Assembly: GCA_965200875.1 (NCBI GenBank)
Contig: OZ241456.1
Coordinates: forward strand, 334,588 to 398,587
Reading direction: 5' to 3'
Length of the DNA: 64,000 bases
Origin: Bdellovibrionales bacterium
GTDB taxonomy: Bacteria; Bdellovibrionota; Bdellovibrionia; Bdellovibrionales; UBA1609
The translations under genes were made by a program, and so were the position numbers. The notes under the pieces are model-generated. The model made no database searches. It was not told the origin of the DNA and saw only the letters and a list, made by a program, of their open reading frames with translations. Positions 30,191 through 39,197 of this stretch are shown piece by piece. The stretch's first letter is position 1, and every line of letters begins with the position of its first letter.

Positions 30191-33100
30191 ACGCCCGACT
30201 AGTGAGTTGGCAAAAGAGGTTCATTAGTTTCATATTGGGGATGGATCGAATATGAGTGTCTGCCACATTTTTGGAGCCTACGATAAGCGAAAGGCACCGG
30301 GCGCGGGATAAAGCCACATTCAGACGATTTTTATTGAGCAAAAAAGAAATGCCTCTTGGTGCGTCCTGAATAGTGGAAGCGCAAAGGGAAAGAATGCAAA
30401 CGGGTGCTTCCTGACCTTGAAATTTATCCACAGAAGCTACACGGGCGGAATCCTGAACTAACACCTTCTTTATGCAAGCAACTTGTACATTATAAGGAGC
30501 GACAATTAAAATATCCTTGGTGGTTATGGGCTTGGTTTTTCCTTCCCTGTTGATCCACTTTGCCCTTAAAAGCTCTTTATAAAGAGCACCAATCACTTGA
30601 GCCTCCTCCATTGAGGAATGAGTGTTTCCTGAATGTTCCACAGGTATAAAACAGATTCCCGCTTCTGGGATCTTCAGCTTTAAACCAGTTTGGCTTAAAC
30701 TCTCCGGGAGAAGAACTTTTTGCTGACTCGTGGTGGGATGATTTGTAAGCTCTCCCTTATAAAAATAATCCGAGACAAATTGGCAAATCCCCTCGTGCAT
30801 ACGATAAGAAACTGGCAAAAATACCCCTTTGTCCTTGGAAATAGTGGTACTTCCTTCAGTGTAGTAAGTGAGAGCGGAAAGTCCTGACTCTCCGGGATGA
30901 ACAGCCTGTTGAGGCTGATCCAATTGATTTTGATCCCCAATGAGGATAAGGTTTTTGCCCGCACGCGCGCCAGCCACCAGATTGGCGAGACTCACTTGGG
31001 AAGCTTCATCCACAAACAGGTAATCATAAGAGGATTCCTGTTCTTCCCTTGAGAAAAAAAAGGTCGTACCACCCACCACCCGGGCACTTTGTTTGACTTT
31101 GTTGCCATTAACCAGCTCCACCGGCAGGTTTTGAAAAAAAAGTTTTTCTTCCTCTGATTCTTTTGAAGATTTTACTTTTTGGCATTGAAAAAAAAATTTT
31201 TCTTTATTTTGTTCGAAAATGGTTTTTAAAACATTTGAAATGGCTTTATGGGAATTAGCTGTCACCCCCACTCTTTTGCCATTTTTTACCAAGTGTAAAA
31301 TCATATAAGCCACTGTGTAGGTTTTGCCTGTACCGGGAGGGCCTTGAATGCAAAAAACAGAGTCATTTAAATTTAAAGCATGCGTGGATATTTTTTCTAT
31401 AAGATTTTCCGAGTTTAAAACAAGCGGGCCTTTATGGTTTGGCAGGCTTGGTTTTTCCCTCAATAAAAGATCATGAATACATTTTTTTAAACCGAAATGA
31501 GAGGAGGAAGAGGAAAATTCATTAGCTGTTTTCAACAAGGATCTAAAAATATTTACTTTGTAGTAATCATTTTTTTCTGGTCCTAAGGTGAAAAAGCCAT
31601 GCGCAGGAATATTGTTTTCTTTAGGAGCTTTAAGCCATAAAATTCCATTAATTAAATCCAGTTTCAAAAGGGTGTGGGTATTGCGCGTATTATTATTATT
31701 TTTATCTTCATTTTTCGAAAGCACAATCACTTTGTCTTCTTCTGTGAAGCCAATTTCCTGTTCTCTTTCAAACTGTATTTTACAGGACTCTTCGTTAAGT
31801 TCCAAGAGACGGCAGAAGGCAATGGTGTTTCTATCCTCCAGCAGTTGCTCTTCATTCATGTCTCGGCGGGAAAAGTAATCCCACCACCCGGGTTTTTCCT
31901 CTCTTATATGAAACATCAGTAAATCCGAAAGAAGTCTGGTAAGATAATTTTTTTTGTCAACCAAGGAAACAGGTTTTGGCAAAATGGGTTTTTCTCCCTT
32001 TAAGGGCAAATGTTTTGAAATGCTCATCTCTTCCGGGTTGCTTTGGCTTAAAAGCTCTTTGGCTTTTTCTTCGCATTTTCCACGAATGCCCTCCCGATGA
32101 TATTCCTGATTGTTTTCCTCTTCTTTGTGAGGAATGTATTTAATTCTGTGTGTTTCCTGCTGTTTCCATAGAAACTGACAAAGTTTTTTTGTGGAGACGC
32201 AGTCATCCCGGTTATAAGCATTTATTTTTTTTAAAAAAGGAGAGTTTTCTCTATTGTCATCAGTATTCAGGAAATGAAAAAACAGCACAGCAGACTCCCC
32301 GCCAGTTTTTACTTCTGTATTTCTTTTCTTGTAATAAAGGTTTTCCACTTCTTTTAAGGAATAAGATAATACACCTATGCGAAGGCTTTGAATCACTATT
32401 CTGTGTAAATCCACAAATATGTGATTTCTTAAGAGGTTATCCACTTCTTGCTCTCTTGTGCCGTATTTTCCCATGAGTCTTTTTATTGTGGAGGTTTCAT
32501 AGTGTCCGTAATGGTAAATGTGCATACCGGGGTTTTCCCTCCATCTGTGATATACCCAATCCATCCATTTTTGAAACGCTTTGACTTCTTCCTGTTCGCT
32601 TAAAGCCCAGAAACAGATAAATCCGGGCTGTTCCTTTACAGCATTGCCGTATAGATATTCCAGACCTTCCTCTCCTAGGAGAGGGTAGCCTTCCATATCA
32701 AAAAACACATCTGCTGGGTGTGAGGGAGGGAGTGTCTCCAATCCCTTTCTTTCTCCGGTGTGAGGCAGAACTTCGAAGTCAGGTCTGTTTTTTCCTTTGG
32801 ATTTTAACTGTATTTTTGCCTGTTCTTTTAAAGTTTCGAAAGTGGCTATAGGTATATTTTTTACTTTATCTCCTGAGTATAAAGCCAGCTCAGAAAGTTT
32901 TTTTATTCCCGCTCTTTTTAAAAGAGTGGAATGAGCGGAGCGAATGCCGGCTGTTAAGGAAATATCATCTAGCTGATGTAGTCTTTTTTTGGCAAAGAGG
33001 CTCCAGTCCCGGTGCTGAGCGGTTTTGTCCGGTATGGGTAGTGAGTCCTTAGAAAAATGGGAATGGTAGTGTAAAAATTCTTCTTTTAAAAAATTGTAAA

Positions 33101-33671
33101 AAGAGAAAAAATCTTTGGTTTTAAAAAAATGCTCTTTTGAAGATTTTGTGACAATCACAAACTCAGGAGGCAATACTCCCTGAATAAATTGCAACATATC
33201 ACAATAACAGCAAAGCTGAATCAAAGCCGTGGGTTTTGGATGTCTTGCGATTTTAAAATCATAAGGAATATAGTAATGATTTCCCAAGATGGAAGGGCCT
33301 TTTTGCTTGACCAAAAGATCAACATACCCAAATATTTTTTCTTTTTCAATAGCGGCTTGGTAAATTTTTTCTTCACCGTCTTTCATGGCTTTTCGGGTTT
33401 TCTGAAGGGCTTTTATATGTGTTTCTTTTTCCACTCTAAAAATAAATTGGTCTTTTTCCATTTTATTGATAAGATTTTCTTCGTGTTTATTTCCCAGATC
33501 TTTTATAAGCTCATAAAGTGGATCGGAGGGATCGCGATGCACCCCAAGATCTTTTAGGGTTTCCTTGGAGGCAATTTTTTCAAAATGATCCATATAAGAG
33601 GAAAATTCAGATTCAAAAAACTGAACCAGATCTGATGGGGAAAAAGTGATTTTATTAGGAAAAATATTCAT
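30189..33671 (-). CDS. fusion protein: Cas4/RecB-like PD-(D/E)xK nuclease + RNase H-like 3'-5' exonuclease (TM0106 family) + SF1 (Upf1/DNA2-like) helicase
   Basis: N-terminus: GYVDLLV...PYDFKIAR...QLCCYCDML (D...(D/E)xK...QxxxY). Middle: DVFFDMEGYP...HYGHYE...Y..DDC (DEDD-type, YprB-like). C-terminus: GPPGTGKT, DEASQV, VDKFQGQE, NVALSRAR. The ORF track extends to 33767, but homolog-style N-terminus MNIFPNKITFSPSDL begins at 33671. The extra 5' region holds repeat copy 5 and the aroB promoter zone. Confidence 0.75.
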   Translation of the reverse strand: MNIFPNKITFSPSDLVQFFESEFSSYMDHFEKIASKETLKDLGVHRDPSDPLYELIKDLGNKHEENLINKMEKDQFIFRVEKETHIKALQKTRKAMKDGEEKIYQAAIEKEKIFGYVDLLVKQKGPSILGNHYYIPYDFKIARHPKPTALIQLCCYCDMLQFIQGVLPPEFVIVTKSSKEHFFKTKDFFSFYNFLKEEFLHYHSHFSKDSLPIPDKTAQHRDWSLFAKKRLHQLDDISLTAGIRSAHSTLLKRAGIKKLSELALYSGDKVKNIPIATFETLKEQAKIQLKSKGKNRPDFEVLPHTGERKGLETLPPSHPADVFFDMEGYPLLGEEGLEYLYGNAVKEQPGFICFWALSEQEEVKAFQKWMDWVYHRWRENPGMHIYHYGHYETSTIKRLMGKYGTREQEVDNLLRNHIFVDLHRIVIQSLRIGVLSYSLKEVENLYYKKRNTEVKTGGESAVLFFHFLNTDDNRENSPFLKKINAYNRDDCVSTKKLCQFLWKQQETHRIKYIPHKEEENNQEYHREGIRGKCEEKAKELLSQSNPEEMSISKHLPLKGEKPILPKPVSLVDKKNYLTRLLSDLLMFHIREEKPGWWDYFSRRDMNEEQLLEDRNTIAFCRLLELNEESCKIQFEREQEIGFTEEDKVIVLSKNEDKNNNNTRNTHTLLKLDLINGILWLKAPKENNIPAHGFFTLGPEKNDYYKVNIFRSLLKTANEFSSSSSHFGLKKCIHDLLLREKPSLPNHKGPLVLNSENLIEKISTHALNLNDSVFCIQGPPGTGKTYTVAYMILHLVKNGKRVGVTANSHKAISNVLKTIFEQNKEKFFFQCQKVKSSKESEEEKLFFQNLPVELVNGNKVKQSARVVGGTTFFFSREEQESSYDYLFVDEASQVSLANLVAGARAGKNLILIGDQNQLDQPQQAVHPGESGLSALTYYTEGSTTISKDKGVFLPVSYRMHEGICQFVSDYFYKGELTNHPTTSQQKVLLPESLSQTGLKLKIPEAGICFIPVEHSGNTHSSMEEAQVIGALYKELLRAKWINREGKTKPITTKDILIVAPYNVQVACIKKVLVQDSARVASVDKFQGQEAPVCILSLCASTIQDAPRGISFLLNKNRLNVALSRARCLSLIVGSKNVADTHIRSIPNMKLMNLFCQLTSRA

Positions 33672-33702
33672 AAAGCGGACTGTAACAAATAAACAATCGT
33701 TC

Positions 33703-33748
33703 GGGAAGAAGCTGTTAACATATTGTTTATAATTTGATTTTTTTATAA
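33703..33748 (+). repeat. dispersed repeat, copy 5 (orientation A), 33 nt upstream of aroB
   Basis: GGGAAGAAGCTGTTAACATATTGTTTATAATTTGATTTTTTTATAA. Confidence 0.75.
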
Positions 33749-33780
33749 TTTTCTGGAAACATAGCAAGGTTTTACAACGA

Positions 33781-34887
33781 ATGAAGGAAAAAAAAAGCTA
33801 TAAAACTATCCGAAAAATCAATGCTGATTTAAAAGCTCACGGAGTGTATTTTTCTGAAAAACTGCCTTCATTTAATCAGGTTTTAAAATCCTTTGAAAGA
33901 GACCTTTCTTTTTCTAAGAGTGATATAAAACCAATGGTGGTTTGCGATCGAAAACTAAAGCATGGAAAAGAAGTGAAGTTATGGTTAAAAAATTATCCGG
34001 TTTATTTTGTCTCAGGGGGGGAACAGTTAAAAACTCTAGAAAATTTTTCCAAGCATGTAAACAGTCTTTTAAGGAAAACAAAAACGGAAAACATTTCAGG
34101 GTTTATCAGTCTTGGGGGAGGAAGTGTGGGGGATTTTACAGGCTTTCTCGCCAGTGTGTATAAACGAGGTACTATGCTTGCTCATATTCCCACTACATGG
34201 CTTTCCGCTTTGGATTCCGCACATGGCGGAAAAACCGCTTTAAATATCGGTCCCGTTAAAAATGTGTTGGGTACTTACTTTTTTCCAAAAGCGGTGTTTA
34301 TTGTGAAGAAGATGTTTTCTTCTTTGCCGAAACGGGAAATAGAATCCGCCAAAGGGGAATTAATAAAAATCTCCTTAATAGAGGGAGGGGAGCTTTACGA
34401 AAAATGTTTTAAAAAGAAATGGCCAGAGGATATATGGAGTTTTTTGCCCCAAGCTGTTCTCGCGAAAATAAAAATAGTGGAAAAAGATCCTTACGGAAAA
34501 AAAGGTTATCGCCAAAATCTTAACTTAGGCCATACTTTAGGTCATACTTTGGAATCTTATTTTAGTTTGGCACACGGAAGTGCTGTGATGTATGGTCTTG
34601 TTTTTGCTCTTTTATGGAGCCATAGCCGGTTCACTTTTTCTCCGGGTTTTTTGAAAGAAATATCCTTTTTGATGAGAAAAAAAACTCAGCTGAACTTTTA
34701 TTTAAAAAATCTGCCGGAAGGAATATTAAGAAAACTCCTTTTACAGGATAAAAAACGAGTGGATAAACAGAGTATTCAATTTATTTTTCTGAAAGGACCT
34801 GGGAAAGTTTTTTCAGAAAATGTTTCTGTAAGAGAGATAATAAAAGAGACAGAGAGGCAACTCTTCCTTAATCCTGATAGCTTATAA
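33781..34887 (+). CDS. aroB: 3-dehydroquinate synthase
   Basis: GGGSVGDFTGFLASVYKRG nucleotide-binding block. Metal ligands LNLGHTLGH..E. Confidence 0.85.
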   Translation: MKEKKSYKTIRKINADLKAHGVYFSEKLPSFNQVLKSFERDLSFSKSDIKPMVVCDRKLKHGKEVKLWLKNYPVYFVSGGEQLKTLENFSKHVNSLLRKTKTENISGFISLGGGSVGDFTGFLASVYKRGTMLAHIPTTWLSALDSAHGGKTALNIGPVKNVLGTYFFPKAVFIVKKMFSSLPKREIESAKGELIKISLIEGGELYEKCFKKKWPEDIWSFLPQAVLAKIKIVEKDPYGKKGYRQNLNLGHTLGHTLESYFSLAHGSAVMYGLVFALLWSHSRFTFSPGFLKEISFLMRKKTQLNFYLKNLPEGILRKLLLQDKKRVDKQSIQFIFLKGPGKVFSENVSVREIIKETERQLFLNPDSL

Positions 34888-34906
34888 ACATAAGTTTTGA
34901 TACTTA

Positions 34907-36991
34907 TTGAGCTGTATAAGATTAATGAGCATAAAAATTATGAAAAGTAACACAAAGCAACCTGCAAACTTTCATTTGGTGTCGGATTACTCTCCAGCCG
35001 GGGATCAGCCTTCGGCAATACGGCAGATTTGTGAGGGGTTAAAAGCTGGTGAGAAGTATCATACTTTATTAGGTGTAACCGGTTCCGGAAAAACCTTTAC
35101 TATGGCTAATATCATTCAGGAGATGAAAATGCCGGTTTTAACGCTCGCACCTAACAAAACTTTGGCCGCTCAGCTGTTTGCTGAGTTTAGAGAGCTATTC
35201 CCTAAGAATGCCGTGGAATATTTTGTCAGTTATTATGATTATTATCAGCCGGAAGCTTATATTCCCGCTACCGACACTTATATTGAAAAAGACGCCAGCA
35301 TTAATGATCAAATTGATCGCATGAGGCATTCTGCCACGATGGCTTTGCTGGAAAGAAAAGATGTTATTATTGTTAGTAGTGTATCCTGTATTTATGGCTT
35401 AGGTAGTCCTGAAACCTACAGGAATTTAAAAGTGCATGTGAGCCTGAATCAAAATTTGGACAGAGATCAGTTTTTAAAATCTTTGGTGGATATTCAATAT
35501 CAGAGAAAGGATTTTGATTTTCACAGAGGGGTTTTTCGTGTTCGAGGGGACACAGTGGATATTTTTCCCGCTTATGAGGAGAATAAGGCTTTTCGAATTG
35601 AGTTTTTTGGCGACTACATTGATTTTATTGGCCAAGTGGATCCTCTGCGTGGGGAAGTTTTGAAAGAGCTTGAGGAACTTTCCATTTATCCATCCAGTCA
35701 CTATGTTAGCACAGAACAGGAAAACGAAAAGGCTGTTAGATCCATTAAAGAGGAATTAAAACATCATCTCAGGATATTAATTAATAAAAAATTGCAGACA
35801 GAACATGACAGGCTTAAAAGGAGAACTCTTTATGACTTGGAGATGATAGAAGAAATGGGCACTTGTCCTGGTGTGGAAAATTATTCCCGGCATTTTACGG
35901 GTCGTGCGGCTGGTGAACCTCCTCCCACCTTGCTGGAGTATTTTCCGAAAGATTGGCTTTTGTTTATTGATGAAAGTCATATCAGTATTCCTCAAGTGGG
36001 AGGAATGTACAGAGGGGACAGAAGCCGAAAAGAGAACTTGGTTCAGCACGGGTTTCGTCTTCCATCTGCCTTGGATAATCGTCCTTTAAATTTTCAGGAG
36101 TTTGAAAAATCGCTTAATCGAGTGGTGTATGTGTCTGCGACTCCAGGAGATTTTGAAATTCAAAAAAACGCAGGAGTGGTGGTGGAGCAAATTATTCGTC
36201 CCACGGGTTTGTTGGATCCGGAAATATTTATTCGTTCCACGGCGAAACAAGTAGAAAATTTACTGATGGAAATTAAAAAAAGAGAAAAAAAGCAGGAAAG
36301 AGTTTTGGTTGTAACTTTAACAAAAAAAATGGCAGAAAATTTAACAGCGCACTATCAATCAAAAGGGTTAAGGGTAAAGTATCTTCATAGTGATATAAAA
36401 ACCATTGAAAGAATGGAGTTGATACGAGACCTGCGTATGGGGGTGTTTCAGGTTTTGATAGGCATTAATCTTTTAAGGGAAGGTCTGGATCTGCCGGAGG
36501 TGAGTTTGGTGGCTGTTATGGATGCTGACAAAGAGGGATTTTTACGGTCCCGCAGATCTTTAATTCAAATTATTGGAAGAGCGGCCCGACATATTGATGG
36601 AAAGGTGATCCTATATGCTGACAAAAAGACAGATTCCATTAAGGTTGCTGTGGAGGAAACCAACCGGCGGAGAAAACTGCAGCAAGCTTTTAATAAAAAG
36701 CATAACATTAAAATTCGCGGAGTGAAAAAACCAGCACCTAAAGGATTGATGGAAATTTATGGTTATGAAGGTGAACTGGAAAAAGATTTATTGGTAAAGA
36801 AAGGCCGGAGAAAGAACCAAAAAAAACAAAGCGGTAAAACTCTGGAAGATGGGGAGTTTTTAAAAAAGGAAGTTGCTTTTTTGAAAGAGGAAATGAAAAA
36901 AGCCTCTGAGAAACTGGATTTTGAAAGAGCTGTGGAGTTAAGGGACAAAATAAAACGATTACAGATAAAAGAAATGACTCTCAGGGAGTAA
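34907..36991 (+). CDS. uvrB: excinuclease ABC subunit B
   Basis: F.L.SDY.PAGDQP.AI, GVTGSGKTFT, YYDYYQPEAY, beta-hairpin region, and C-terminal UVR domain (FERAVELRDKIKRL). The true start is probably ATG 34925 or 34940 (MKSNTKQPANFHL...). Confidence 0.95.
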   Translation: MSCIRLMSIKIMKSNTKQPANFHLVSDYSPAGDQPSAIRQICEGLKAGEKYHTLLGVTGSGKTFTMANIIQEMKMPVLTLAPNKTLAAQLFAEFRELFPKNAVEYFVSYYDYYQPEAYIPATDTYIEKDASINDQIDRMRHSATMALLERKDVIIVSSVSCIYGLGSPETYRNLKVHVSLNQNLDRDQFLKSLVDIQYQRKDFDFHRGVFRVRGDTVDIFPAYEENKAFRIEFFGDYIDFIGQVDPLRGEVLKELEELSIYPSSHYVSTEQENEKAVRSIKEELKHHLRILINKKLQTEHDRLKRRTLYDLEMIEEMGTCPGVENYSRHFTGRAAGEPPPTLLEYFPKDWLLFIDESHISIPQVGGMYRGDRSRKENLVQHGFRLPSALDNRPLNFQEFEKSLNRVVYVSATPGDFEIQKNAGVVVEQIIRPTGLLDPEIFIRSTAKQVENLLMEIKKREKKQERVLVVTLTKKMAENLTAHYQSKGLRVKYLHSDIKTIERMELIRDLRMGVFQVLIGINLLREGLDLPEVSLVAVMDADKEGFLRSRRSLIQIIGRAARHIDGKVILYADKKTDSIKVAVEETNRRRKLQQAFNKKHNIKIRGVKKPAPKGLMEIYGYEGELEKDLLVKKGRRKNQKKQSGKTLEDGEFLKKEVAFLKEEMKKASEKLDFERAVELRDKIKRLQIKEMTLRE

Positions 36992-37025
36992 TCAGAGGGA
37001 GGGGAATAACCTCATAATTTTTTGT

Positions 37026-39194
37026 TCAGTTTAAAGATTTTTTTTGAACCAGATTGGATTGAAAATTCACTTGATCAAAAGCAATATTCACTGCTTCCTG
37101 AATATCAGGCCGTTCCATGTATTTCTTTTTAATCACTTCCTCTGGTTTTTCCACGCTTTCTTCAGATTTTTTTTCCAAAGCTTTTTCATTATTGTTTTTC
37201 TTTTCTTTTTCATTTTCTGCTTTTTTTGCCTTATCAAATATTTGAGCGATAGTGGTCACATATCCCTTAAGTTTTTTGTTCCGCATTTCCAAAATATCTT
37301 TTTCAATTTCCTGGAATTTTTCATTTTTCTTTATTCGAAGATGAGATTTTTTACGGAGAGAAGAAATCAGATCTAGTGTAACAGGGCTCCATTTTTCCTC
37401 TTTATTGGAAACATCGAAAGCTGATTTTGAGATAAATCTATCAATTTTTCTTTCAGATAGTACATAATCCAATGTTTTCTCTCCAATTTCATCGTTGGAA
37501 AACATACTAGGGAAGGAAATGTCAGACTTTACACCTTTTAACTGAGTGGAAAATCCACTGGGAATAAAAAACATTCCTACTGTAACACGAATGGAACCTA
37601 AGCCAAAACGCAACCGCTCCACAGACTGTATACTGCCTTTTCCAAAAGTATGATCCCCTCCTACAATCAGTGCTCTTTTATAGGATTTTAAAGTTCCCGA
37701 AACAATTTCCGAAGCACTGGCACTTACTCGGTTTACCAAAACAACCAAAGGTCCTGAGTATTCAATAGTTTCATCCACATCAGATAAAGTTAGATAACGA
37801 TCACCACTTTTTGTCTTAACTTGTTGACGCACAACACTTCCCTTTGCAAAAAATAACCCTGCTAATTGTACGGCTTCCGTTAGAGAACCGCCTCCATTAT
37901 TGGACATATCCAAAACAATGGCAGATACTTTGGCTTTCTTCGCATTGGTCAGTAGTTTTCTCACATCATTGGTAACAGAACGTCCTCCTGGACGTCCCTC
38001 TCCGTAAAAAGAAGGAAGTTGAATAACACCCACCTTAATTGATTTATTATCTTCTCCACGTTCAAAATAATGAATGTTCGCGGCTTGATCATCTAAGTTG
38101 ACTCGATCACGAATCAAACGCACATTAAATATTGTTTTCTTTTCTTTGTCATTTATCCTCATAATTTTTAAGTACACAGGGGTTCCTTTTTTTCCGCGGA
38201 TCATGCTCACCACATCCCTTAAAATCATATTAAAAATATTTATCATTTTTGTAGTAGACTGTCCGACTGCCAAAATTTTATCTTTGGGCTTTAATTTGCC
38301 GGAACGAGCGGCCGCTCCTCCAGGAATAAGCTTCTCAATAACAGTATACCCATATTTGGAACTAAGGCTGGCTCCAATGCCCTCTAAAGAAAGCTTCATA
38401 TTAATTTCAAAATCTTCATGATCCTCCTGTGAAAGATAGCCAGAGTGAGGATCAAAGCCTCTGGCAAAGCTTTTCAGATACATGGAATACCATTCGTAGG
38501 GTTTGCAAACAGCAACTTTGCCGTAAGATTTTCTTTTCTTGTAACATTTTTTCTTTTCTTTATCCGACAAATTAACTGACCAGCTTTTTATTTCTTTATG
38601 CAAGCGGTTGTAACTATGCAACACACTTTGTTTTGCCTCCTCTACCTGTTTTTCATAATCCTTCTTATCACTGGCAATGATGGCATTGGCCATTTGATAC
38701 TGAATATACTTTTTATGAAACTTATTAATTTGGCGCATGGTTTTACGCCTTGGTCTTTTTCTAGGATCCAAGGTTAATTTAATCATCGGATCCAGAATAA
38801 ATTTTTGTTGCAGATATTCTTTTGCAAATCGTACACGCTCAGACACTCTTTTCGCGTAAAGGTCATACACTCTGTCCAAGTGGGAACAATCACTTTTTTG
38901 TATTTTAACGAAAATATTTTTCAACTTCTTTTTAATATTGTTAATATCTGATTGAGTGAAATATAGTTTTTCAGAATCCAGAGACTTGAGAAATTGATCT
39001 CTTACCCTTTTTTCCAAATCAGACATCATGGTTTTGAAGCGTGTGCTTTTTCTGTCCAAATTGGAAAAATTAATATGCAAATCCAGATATTTTTTCTGAA
39101 TATCGTGTATATAATCACATTCCAAAATGATCGCATATAAATTCGATGAAAAAAGAAATATTAAAAAAACCAAAATATTTTTCATTGAAATCAA
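37026..39194 (-). CDS. S41 family carboxy-terminal processing (tail-specific) protease
   Basis: Signal peptide. PDZ region (GIGASL...VIEKLIPGGAAARSGKLKPKDKILAV). S41 catalytic blocks NNGGGSL...ASASEI and FGKGSIQ. Confidence 0.85.
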   Translation of the reverse strand: MISMKNILVFLIFLFSSNLYAIILECDYIHDIQKKYLDLHINFSNLDRKSTRFKTMMSDLEKRVRDQFLKSLDSEKLYFTQSDINNIKKKLKNIFVKIQKSDCSHLDRVYDLYAKRVSERVRFAKEYLQQKFILDPMIKLTLDPRKRPRRKTMRQINKFHKKYIQYQMANAIIASDKKDYEKQVEEAKQSVLHSYNRLHKEIKSWSVNLSDKEKKKCYKKRKSYGKVAVCKPYEWYSMYLKSFARGFDPHSGYLSQEDHEDFEINMKLSLEGIGASLSSKYGYTVIEKLIPGGAAARSGKLKPKDKILAVGQSTTKMINIFNMILRDVVSMIRGKKGTPVYLKIMRINDKEKKTIFNVRLIRDRVNLDDQAANIHYFERGEDNKSIKVGVIQLPSFYGEGRPGGRSVTNDVRKLLTNAKKAKVSAIVLDMSNNGGGSLTEAVQLAGLFFAKGSVVRQQVKTKSGDRYLTLSDVDETIEYSGPLVVLVNRVSASASEIVSGTLKSYKRALIVGGDHTFGKGSIQSVERLRFGLGSIRVTVGMFFIPSGFSTQLKGVKSDISFPSMFSNDEIGEKTLDYVLSERKIDRFISKSAFDVSNKEEKWSPVTLDLISSLRKKSHLRIKKNEKFQEIEKDILEMRNKKLKGYVTTIAQIFDKAKKAENEKEKKNNNEKALEKKSEESVEKPEEVIKKKYMERPDIQEAVNIAFDQVNFQSNLVQKKSLN

Positions 39195-39197
39195 ATT

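Noticed and set aside
33672-33767. The 32-codon N-terminal extension of the nuclease-helicase ORF in the ORF track.
   Set aside because: The homolog-like N-terminus (MNIFPNKITFSPSDL) starts at 33671. The extension runs through dispersed-repeat copy 5 and the divergent aroB promoter region.
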